A stretch of DNA of 64,000 nucleotides from NCBI GenBank assembly GCA_047495785.1, contig JBLDXI010000056.1, forward strand, positions 569,105 through 633,104, read 5' to 3'. Position 1 is the stretch's first letter. Each line of letters opens with the position of its first letter. The DNA is from Lepidodermella squamata. Lineage: Eukaryota; Animalia; Gastrotricha. A program made the translations under genes and the position numbers. Positions 39,144 to 50,400 of the stretch are shown piece after piece. Below the pieces are notes generated by a model. It ran no database searches. It saw only the letters and a program-made list of their open reading frames with translations, and was not told where the DNA came from.

Positions 39144-42100
39144 CCCGGACTAAAAAGTTTCATGTTGTAAACTCGTGTAAATGGGGTGAAAACACGTCCG
39201 TGTATTTTGCTGTAAAATGAGGGAGAAATGGTAACGAGTCCTATGAATTTACATGATCATTTTATTGATTCAGCTCACACGAATTTACATTTAGACCATA
39301 ATTGGCCGCCGTTCGCCCTGCGCTTCCACGGAATTACACGGAGTTGTGAGTCTGGTTGATTTCGCCGGAAACGTTGGAAAAACTTGTCTTGACTTGCTTC
39401 TCCCAGCTGAATCGTCAAACTTAAGTTTCCAACGACATTTCGCCGTTGTAAACTCATGTAAGAAGATTCAGCCGAGAAAAGCAAGTCAAGACAAGTTTTT
39501 CCAGCGTTTCCGGCGAAATCAACCAGACTCACAACTCCGTGTAAATCCGTGGAAGTGCAGAGAGATGGCTCAAAAATATAGAATTTTTCACACAGAATCG
39601 CAAATTAGGCACAAAAACTCACACGAAAACATCGTGTAATTCCGTGTAAGCACATGCAGAGCAGCGCAGAAAAAACAATTTTCACACAAAATTCGCAAAA
39701 ATGAGAAAAAAATCGAGAAAAATGGTGTGATAAGCAGAGAATTGGCAACATGAGAACAGCAAGAGAATATGGCATTTTTCGAAAGAAAACGACGATATTC
39801 ACAGCAAAAGCATTTTTCATGAAAATTTCAAATTCAATGATAATTCGCAAAAAGCACAAAAAATCGTTTTTTTATTGTCTTTCTTCAGTGCATTTTTGCG
39901 CCTAACTGCGACTCATTTGGCGTTCCCAGTACAGCCAGAATTCAGCCTAAAATGAACAGCTTCAGTCCGCGGCTGCAACAGAATTCAGCTGAAAATAACG
40001 AAAAATGTAGCTGTAGTAGAAACGTGAGATCGTAGTTTGATCACCTGAATTTCAAAATCAGCAGCAGCAGCAGCAATAACACTGGGTCATGTACTTAGTC
40101 GGCGACAGCGGCCGATCTTGCGCAAAATCCCTGAAAATTAACACCATTCCAAAATTCAAATGTCATTCCATTCAACTGAATGGAATGACAAAATCCGACC
40201 GTAGTTCCTTTTATATTTTAGATTAAATTTATAATTAAAATTGTTGGTCTTTTGAAGTAAAATGGCAAAATAACCTTAAGTTTTTCGAAGGCAGAAATTC
40301 ATTGCACATTTCTCCAGCTTGTCGTAGTTCTATTCAGGACCAAATTCTGGCCCAGCCTGATATAGGTGACTGCAACTCGAGCTGAGCATGAAAATGGCAA
40401 TAAATATTTTTATCAAAAATTGTCTCACAAATTTCCAGAGATTATTTACCTTTTATCGCAGTATATTTTGAGTTCAACGACGCGATCATTCCATAATGCA
40501 GTCTTTCGAGGACACAAAAATCGTCCAGAGTAAAAACGTGAATTAATAAAATAATTAAATACATTTAAGATGGATTGTGACTCACCACGTTTCAAGAAAT
40601 GCGAGAGGCTCGGCGAAATTCGTGGCCATTGCCCACAAACTGTGATTCAGAAATTGAATTGAACGTAAATTATGCAAAAACAAAATAATTGTTTCAGATC
40701 TTTGCCCTCCTGAGATATTTTAGTTTTTATATGGTGAACATATTTTAATATTTTTCCTACCGGAACCAAATTTAAAAAGAGCGCAGCCAAAGTTACAGTA
40801 GCGGAACGAAATTTTGAAATTTTTTGGTGGCCTAAAATCACTTTTCGGATATTTCTTACGGGTCAAGATTGGCCACAATAATTGGAAAAAAATCACCAGG
40901 AATTCAACTTAATCTATCAGATAGAGTGTTCAATTCAGAACTCTTTCATCGTAGAATTATTCACTAATAGACTCTTGGCATATTTGAAATATAGCGCAGA
41001 AAGATTTTCCGGAAATTTACATTTTTTAATCTAAAAATTTGATCATGAAAAAAGCTGAACAAATCTCGAATTCTGCTGAGAAAGATGAGCAGTTATCTGA
41101 ACAAATTTGGTAAGCCATTATGTTAGCAGCTGAAACGCAAATTTTCTTTATATAAAAATCCCAATTCTAATCGGGAATTTTTTCAAATTCAAGAAAAGAC
41201 ATTTGAATAGAATTTTTCAAGTCACGTGATTGACATTTGAAATTAACGGCTATTTTTATAAATTATGCATGCATTTCTGCATATGAGTGGTGTGAAACCA
41301 TTAACCAGTTATGCCTTAACCTTCCCAAATTCACCTCGAACTATCGAATTCTAACAATATTATGTACCCTCAACCGTCAACATTTCAATTTTCATCAATT
41401 AAAAATCCCTGATTAAAAGATAAAATCATACCGCTGAAAAACTTGAAGAATTTTTAGTCTAAGAAGCTGGCGATGGCGATAACAAATTTCAAAAACGAAT
41501 CGCAAGGTTCAGAGTTTAGAGATAAAATACAGCTAATATCTTGTTTCAATACTAGCCCAGTCGCTAATAATCGCCTATCCCTAATAGTAGCCCAGGCTTG
41601 AGAGTTGAAGTCGGCTCGAAAACATTAGCGATTAACGATTAAGATTAATTTTCAATTTTTTTAAAACCTCAACGAAAGAATTTTAGTGTCCCGAACTGCT
41701 ATTGGAACAAATACGGTAATAAGCAAGTTGAGTTGAGTGTCAAAAACCACGAAGAATTGTGATAAGAATCCAATCAATTAGTAGCTAAAATTATCTACGT
41801 TGCACTTACCTGTCGAAATCATAACTTACTCAGGTAGAAGTACAAATAGTTGGCTTCGATAGGCTGGAATACTCGCGGGGCCATTTCCGTAAAATCCGAA
41901 GTCCCGGAACTGACGAGAAGCGGCCAATCAATCATAAACGGGCAATATGGAGAATTATTTACTTTGCCTGCTTACCTTTGACCTCGCAAACGAAACGAGG
42001 TATGTAGAACAGCCTGTTTTTTTAATCAAAAAGCGAGCGACATGAAATAAAAAGTTGACCTGATTTTAAACGACGGAAAAATAGTGAACAGCTGTGTTGC

Positions 42101-44433
42101 TCTCATTCCGCTGAGTTTGTCTTAAGGCGCACGTGCCAAATGACACGTAACACATGGCCCGCTTCATTTGAAATTAGTTTTTATTTTATTTTTTCCTCAA
42201 TTTTTTATCCCACTCATTTCTCATTTACAAGGGATTTTCTCGTGACATGTAAAGCGATCCGCAGCTCTTATATTTGCTGGGTACTAGTATAGCCGAAGGC
42301 ACGCTCTGAAATGAATTTTTTTAAACAAAACTCAAGCTCGACATTTTTCGAGAAGTTTTCTTGGTTTTGGATAGAAGCTTAACTGATTTTTTGGGAGGTT
42401 AAATTAAAAATCAAGAAAATTTGCTAATAGATATAAAGAACTCATAGTTTGATTGGGATCATCTTTTTATCAGTTTTGGCCCTGGAATCAGAACTCCAAC
42501 CGCATTTAAAATTATGAAAATAGATATAAGATTTTTTCGAATTTTTACCTTTTCCTGAAATATTTTTGCAACCCTTCCCGTCTATTTTTTCGCTCGTGTG
42601 CAGCCTGTAAAATAATTAATAGTTATATTTTTTCTCCTGATCTTTCAGCTTAACAACTTTATTAACAAATTCACTCGCAGTACCAAAATAATTTTGAAAA
42701 TTCATTATTTTTTATTCATTTTTATCCTGTAGTTGTGCCTTACGCCACATTTTAAGCCGAGATCGACTTGAGCAGACTATTTCCAAATTATTTTAGGAGA
42801 AAGCCCTGAAGTCAAGCCTTGAATTTCGTAAATTGCTGAATTCATATTCCGGATTTTTTTTCGATTTGTCATCTAATAAAGTTTCCCTAGCTTCTCCCAG
42901 TTCTAATTTGAACGTCGATATTGTCATTAGAATATTCCGCGCTTCAGAATTGGACACATAGTCCTAACAGAGTGCCATAAGAAACCTATTCGAACTTTTC
43001 TGCAAAATATTGCTCAAATTAGTACAAAATTTTCCGTTCTTTTCCAAATTGTTCTCTTTTGGCATAAAATACTACATTATTTAATACATCAGCGCTAAAC
43101 TTAACGGCTGCGGAATAAGCTTCCCGTAATAAGAACATAATGTTGAGCTTTTTTAATTTTTAATTTTAATCGACGTTGTGGGATCTTGCTGATAACTAAA
43201 TACGCAACCGATTTCGAGATTTGGATGAAACCCAAATAATGGTTAAAAAAATCATTAATTTCAGCTTTTAATTTCTACCCATCACTCTGATTTTTGTAAA
43301 TTTTGGAAGCATTTATCGGTCACCATAAAGACACCACTTGAAAATGACGAAAAATAGGTCAGACAAATTAATTTCATGACAAATAAAAAATTATAAATTT
43401 TGGAATAATCAGGAAATCCAATTCATGAATTTTCCTCTAAATCTTTTAATTTTGATAAATTTCAAAAAGTTCCAAAAATCTCAAAAAATCGAAATGAAGC
43501 AAGCGCGTAATAAGGCAAAAATTGTCAAATTATTCTGTACAGAATTAAGAAGGAAAGCATTCTCAAATTTTCCTGAATTTTACTGATTTTCTGAAGTAAA
43601 GTCTTCACGCGAAAGAAAGCGAAATTATTGGTAAAATCTTGACAATTTTGGTTATCATTTTTGCGCTGGATTCCCAACTCCGTTCTTTTCACGCGGTTCG
43701 GCGTTTGGCGTAAATAATAAAATACGCTAAAATTTAACTTGGCCTATTTTTTCACCATTTTTGCATCCTTAAAACTCCAATCTCCTAATTTCGTTTTTAG
43801 TGAAAATCACCTAAATTTCAAAAATTTCTTTATTTCGAGATTCATTATTAAAAATCAGTCCACATGAATTTACACGGTGATTTTTGAGCTCAAAATTGCC
43901 AGTATTTCTCATTTTTTACTTCGTGTATTTTGATGTAACTACTCTGATTTCTCCAGAGCCGAAGTTTTCTTGAAATTCCGCGAAATTTCCGATCGTGTAA
44001 TTTCATGTAATGTCAATTGCGGCTCGGACTTGAAAATTATAGCAGTAAAATGAGGGTATTATCGGCTGAATTTCCAAAATTTATTTATTTTTTGTTCAAT
44101 CGATCTTCCTACATGAGAATACAACGTCATTTTCTGGATGTAAAATGATGTGAGGATATTCCAGTCGAAAAATCGTTCAGCTTCCATTGAAATACATCGA
44201 AGAAATAACTGAAGGACGAAAATCCATGAGTTTACATGACCGAATTTCAGGGTTTACACGAATATCCATGAGTTTCCTCAGCCGAAAAACGGCAAACCCT
44301 GTTTTACAACGCTGAATTCCGGATCGCTGAGCTGGTTCCTGATCTGCTTACATGAAAACACCCAAATAAACTGCTAAATACCTCAAAATACAGGAATTTA
44401 CAATGTTAATTTACTCAAACTTTTTTGTCCGGG
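39144..44433. mobile_element. 5290-bp AT-rich non-autonomous TIR DNA transposon (CACTA/CMC-like) inserted in the satellite, TT target duplication
   Basis: 17-bp TIRs CCCGGAC(T/A)AAAAAGTTT with one mismatch. Satellite CATTCTTTGGCT is split as CATTCTT|element|TTTGGCT, giving a 2-bp TT duplication. Phase check: 44508-38870 = 5290+2+2x173. Subterminal motifs of the TTACAYGARTTTACAYG type at both ends. No long ORF. Confidence 0.92.
39318..39560. repeat. Long internal inverted repeat (~95-bp arms) in the left subterminal region of the 5.3-kb element
   Basis: CTGCGCTTCCACGGAATTACACGGAGTTGTGAGTCTGGTTGATTTCGCCGGAAACGTTGGAAAAACTTGTCTTGACTTGCTT is the near-perfect reverse complement of ~39479-39560; pairing continues with mismatches to GCTGAATC/GATTCAGC. 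Confidence 0.9.
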
Positions 44434-47400
44434 TTTGGCTGGCAGCGGAATACCGGTCAGCTGCAATGGCCGCGAATAGCCTGCCAACGCGTTTGCGCTT
44501 GCTGCCGCTACCGAATGAAGCGCGAATATGCCCGATTCGGCTGGTTTGGGCATGATGCCGATTCGTGGCGATGCGTACAAGGGTGAATACAGCGATTCCA
44601 ACCTTCTTTGGCTGGCAGCGGAATACCGGTCAGCTGCAATGGCCGCGAATAGCCTGCCAACGCGTTTGCGCTTGCTGCCACTACCGAATGAAGCGCGAAT
44701 AAGCCCGATTCGGCTGGTTTGGGCACGATGCCGATTCGTAGCGATGCGTACAAGGGTGAATACAGCGATTCCAGCCTTCTTTGGCTGGCAGCGGAATACC
44801 GGTCAGCTGCAATGGCCGCGAATAGCCTGCCAACGCGTTTGCGCTTGCTGCCACTACCGAATGAAGCGCGAATATGCCCGATTCGGCTGGTTTGGGCACG
44901 ATGCCGATTCGTAGCGATGCGTACAAGGGTGAATACAGCGATTCCAGCATTCTTTGGCTGGCAGCGGAATACCGGTCAGCTGCAATGGCCGCGAATAGCC
45001 TGCCAACGCGTTTGCGCTTGCTGCCGCTACCGAATGAAGCGCGAAAATGCCCGAATCGGCTGGTTTGGGCACGATGCGGATTCGTGGCGATGCGTACAAG
45101 GGTGAATACAGCGATTCCAGCATTCTTTGGCTGGCAGCGGAATACCGGTCAGCTGCAATGGCCGCGAATAGCCTGCCAACGCGTTTGCGCTTGCTGCCAC
45201 TACCGAATGAAGCGCGAATAAGCCCGATTCGGCTGGTTTGGGCACGATGCCGATTCGTAGCGATGCGTACAAGGGTGAATACAGCGATTCCAGCCTTCTT
45301 TGGCTGGCAGCGGAATACCGGTCAGCTGCAATGGCCGCGAATAGCCTGCCAACGCGTTTGCGCTTGCTGCCGCTACCGAATGAAGCGCGAAAATGCCCGA
45401 ATCGGCTGGTTTGGGCACGATGCGGATTCGTGGCGATGCGTACAAGGGTGAATACAGCGATTCCAGCATTCTTTGGCTGGCAGCGGAATACCGGTCAGCT
45501 GCAATGGCCGCGAATAGCCTGCCAACGCGTTTGCGCTTGCTGCCACTACCGAATGAAGCGCGAATAAGCCCGATTCGGCTGGTTTGGGCACGATGCCGAT
45601 TCGTAGCGATGCGTACAAGGGTGAATACAGCGATTCCAGCCTTCTTTGGCTGGCAGCGGAATACCGGTCAGCTGCAATGGCCGCGAATAGCCTGCCAACG
45701 CGTTTGCGCTTGCTGCCACTACCGAATGAAGCGCGAATATGCCCGATTCGGCTGGTTTGGGCACGATGCCGATTCGTAGCGATGCGTACAAGGGTGAATA
45801 CAGCGATTCCAGCCTTCTTTGGCTGGCAGCGGAATACCGGTCAGCTGCAATGGCCGCGAATAGCCTGCCAACGCGTTTGCGCTTGCTGCCACTACCGAAT
45901 GAAGCGCGAATATGCCCGATTCGGCTGGTTTGGGCACGATGCGGATTCGTGGCGATGCGTACAAGGGTGAATACAGCGATTCCAGCATTCTTTGGCTGGC
46001 AGCGGAATACCGGTCAGCTGCAATGGCCGCGAATAGCCTGCCAACGCGTTTGCGCTTGCTGCCGCTACCGAATGAAGCGCGAAAATGCCCGAATCGGCTG
46101 GTTTGGGCACAATGCGGATTCGTGGCGATGCGTACAAGGGTGAATACAGCGATTCCAGCATTCTTTGGCTGGCAGCGGAATACCGGTCAGCTGCAATGGC
46201 CGCGAATAGCCTGCCAACGCGTTTGCGCTTGCTGCCACTACCGAATGAAGCGCGAATAAGCCCGATTCGGCTGGTTTGGGCACGATGCCGATTCGTAGCG
46301 ATGCGTACAAGGGTGAATACAGCGATTCCAGCCTTCTTTGGCTGGCAGCGGAATACCGGTCAGCTGCAATGGCCGCGAATAGCCTGCCAACGCGTTTGCG
46401 CTTGCTGCCACTACCGAATGAAGCGCGAATATGCCCGATTCGGCTGGTTTGGGCACGATGCGGATTCGTGGCGATGCGTACAAGGGTGAATACAGCGATT
46501 CCAGCCTTCTTTGGCTGGCAGCGGAATACCGGTCAGCTGCAATGGCCGCGAATAGCCTGCCAACGCGTTTGCGCTTGCTGCCACTACCGAATGAAGCGCG
46601 AATATGCCCGATTCGGCTGGTTTGGGCACGATGCCGATTCGTAGCGATGCGTACAAGGGTGAATACAGCGATTCCAGCCTTCTTTGGCTGGCAGCGGAAT
46701 ACCGGTCAGCTGCAATGGCCGCGAATAGCCTGCCAACGCGTTTGCGCTTGCTGCCACTACCGAATGAAGCGCGAAAATGCCCGAATCGGCTGGTTTGGGC
46801 ACGATGCGGATTCGTGGCGATGCGTACAAGGGTGAATACAGCGATTCCAGCATTCTTTGGCTGGCAGCGGAATACCGGTCAGCTGCAATGGCCGCGAATA
46901 GCCTGCCAACGCGTTTGCGCTTGCTGCCGCTACCGAATGAAGCGCGAAAATGCCCGAATCGGCTGGTTTGGGCACGATGCGGATTCGTGGCGATGCGTAC
47001 AAGGGTGAATACAGCGATTCCAGCATTCTTTGGCTGGCAGCGGAATACCGGTCAGCTGCAATGGCCGCGAATAGCCTGCCAACGCGTTTGCGCTTGCTGC
47101 CACTACCGAATGAAGCGCGAATAAGCCCGATTCGGCTGGTTTGGGCACGATGCCGATTCGTAGCGATGCGTACAAGGGTGAATACAGCGATTCCAGCATT
47201 CTTTGGCTGGCAGCGGAATACCGGTCAGCTGCAATGGCCGCGAATAGCCTGCCAACGCGTTTGCGCTTGCTGCCGCTACCGAATGAAGCGCGAAAATGCC
47301 CGAATCGGCTGGTTTGGGCACGATGCGGATTCGTGGCGATGCGTACAAGGGTGAATACAGCGATTCCAGCATTCTTTGGCTGGCAGCGGAATACCGGTCA

Positions 47401-50400
47401 GCTGCAATGGCCGCGAATAGCCTGCCAACGCGTTTGCGCTTGCTGCCACTACCGAATGAAGCGCGAATAAGCCCGATTCGGCTGGTTTGGGCACGATGCC
47501 GATTCGTAGCGATGCGTACAAGGGTGAATACAGCGATTCCAGCCTTCTTTGGCTGGCAGCGGAATACCGGTCAGCTGCAATGGCCGCGAATAGCCTGCCA
47601 ACGCGTTTGCGCTTGCTGCCGCTACCGAATGAAGCGCGAAAATGCCCGAATCGGCTGGTTTGGGCACGATGCGGATTCGTGGCGATGCGTACAAGGGTGA
47701 ATACAGCGATTCCAGCATTCTTTGGCTGGCAGCGGAATACCGGTCAGCTGCAATGGCCGCGAATAGCCTGCCAACGCGTTTGCGCTTGCTGCCACTACCG
47801 AATGAAGCGCGAATAAGCCCGATTCGGCTGGTTTGGGCACGATGCCGATTCGTAGCGATGCGTACAAGGGTGAATACAGCGATTCCAGCCTTCTTTGGCT
47901 GGCAGCGGAATACCGGTCAGCTGCAATGGCCGCGAATAGCCTGCCAACGCGTTTGCGCTTGCTGCCGCTACCGAATGAAGCGCGAAAATGCCCGAATCGG
48001 CTGGTTTGGGCACGATGCGGATTCGTGGCGATGCGTACAAGGGTGAATACAGCGATTCCAGCATTCTTTGGCTGGCAGCGGAATACCGGTCAGCTGCAAT
48101 GGCCGCGAATAGCCTGCCAACGCGTTTGCGCTTGCTGCCGCTACCGAATGAAGCGCGAAAATGCCCGAATCGGCTGGTTTGGGCACGATGCGGATTCGTG
48201 GCGATGCGTACAAGGGTGAATACAGCGATTCCAGCCTTCTTTGGCTGGCAGCGGAATACCGGTCAGCTGCAATGGCCGCGAATAGCCTGCCAACGCGTTT
48301 GCGCTTGCTGCCACTACCGAATGAAGCGCGAATATGCCCGATTCGGCTGGTTTGGGCACGATGCGGATTCGTGGCGATGCGTACAAGGGTGAATACAGCG
48401 ATTCCAGCATTCTTTGGCTGGCAGCGGAATACCGGTCAGCTGCAATGGCCGCGAATAGCCTGCCAACGCGTTTGCGCTTGCTGCCACTACCGAATGAAGC
48501 GCGAATAAGCCCGATTCGGCTGGTTTGGGCACGATGCCGATTCGTAGCGATGCGTACAAGGGTGAATACAGCGATTCCAGCCTTCTTTGGCTGGCAGCGG
48601 AATACCGGTCAGCTGCAATGGCCGCGAATAGCCTGCCAACGCGTTTGCGCTTGCTGCCACTACCGAATGAAGCGCGAATATGCCCGATTCGGCTGGTTTG
48701 GGCACGATGCCGATTCGTAGCGATGCGTACAAGGGTGAATACAGCGATTCCAGCCTTCTTTGGCTGGCAGCGGAATACCGGTCAGCTGCAATGGCCGCGA
48801 ATAGCCTGCCAACGCGTTTGCGCTTGCTGCCACTACCGAATGAAGCGCGAATATGCCCGATTCGGCTGGTTTGGGCACGATGCCGATTCGTAGCGATGCG
48901 TACAAGGGTGAATACAGCGATTCCAGCCTTCTTTGGCTGGCAGCGGAATACCGGTCAGCTGCAATGGCCGCGAATAGCCTGCCAACGCGTTTGCGCTTGC
49001 TGCCACTACCGAATGAAGCGCGAAAATGCCCGAATCGGCTGGTTTGGGCACGATGCGGATTCGTGGCGATGCGTACAAGGGTGAATACAGCGATTCCAGC
49101 ATTCTTTGGCTGGCAGCGGAATACCGGTCAGCTGCAATGGCCGCGAATAGCCTGCCAACGCGTTTGCGCTTGCTGCCGCTACCGAATGAAGCGCGAAAAT
49201 GCCCGAATCGGCTGGTTTGGGCACGATGCGGATTCGTGGCGATGCGTACAAGGGTGAATACAGCGATTCCAGCATTCTTTGGCTGGCAGCGGAATACCGG
49301 TCAGCTGCAATGGCCGCGAATAGCCTGCCAACGCGTTTGCGCTTGCTGCCACTACCGAATGAAGCGCGAATAAGCCCGATTCGGCTGGTTTGGGCACGAT
49401 GCCGATTCGTAGCGATGCGTACAAGGGTGAATACAGCGATTCCAGCCTTCTTTGGCTGGCAGCGGAATACCGGTCAGCTGCAATGGCCGCGAATAGCCTG
49501 CCAACGCGTTTGCGCTTGCTGCCACTACCGAATGAAGCGCGAATATGCCCGATTCGGCTGGTTTGGGCACGATGCCGATTCGTAGCGATGCGTACAAGGG
49601 TGAATACAGCGATTCCAGCCTTCTTTGGCTGGCAGCGGAATACCGGTCAGCTGCAATGGCCGCGAATAGCCTGCCAACGCGTTTGCGCTTGCTGCCACTA
49701 CCGAATGAAGCGCGAATATGCCCGATTCGGCTGGTTTGGGCACGATGCCGATTCGTAGCGATGCGTACAAGGGTGAATACAGCGATTCCAGCATTCTTTG
49801 GCTGGCAGCGGAATACCGGTCAGCTGCAATGGCCGCGAATAGCCTGCCAACGCGTTTGCGCTTGCTGCCGCTACCGAATGAAGCGCGAAAATGCCCGAAT
49901 CGGCTGGTTTGGGCACGATGCCGATTCGTGGCGATGCGTACAAGGGTGGATACAGCGATTCCAGCATTCTTTGGCTGGCAGCGGAATACCGGTCAGCTGC
50001 AATGGCCGCGAATAGCCTGCCAACGCGTTTGCGCTTGCTGCCGCTACCGAATGAAGCGCGAATATGCCCGATTCGGCTGGTTTGGGCACGATGCCGATTC
50101 GTAGCGATGCGTACAAGGGTGAATACAGCGATTCCAGCATTCTTTGGCTGGCAGCGGAATACCGGTCAGCTGCAATGGCCGCGAATAGCCTGCCAACGCG
50201 TTTGCGCTTGCTGCCGCTACCGAATGAAGCGCGAATAAGCCCGATTCGGCTGGTTTGGGCACGATGCCGATTCGTAGCGATGCGTACAAGGGTGAATACA
50301 GCGATTCCAGCCTTCTTTGGCTGGCAGCGGAATACCGGTCAGCTGCAATGGCCGCGAATAGCCTGCCAACGCGTTTGCGCTTGCTGCCGCTACCGAATGA

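Noticed and set aside
39275-39639. Two similar ORFs on opposite strands (MSLVDFAGN...)
   Set aside because: They mirror the inverted repeat and start at non-ATG codons; no coding evidence.
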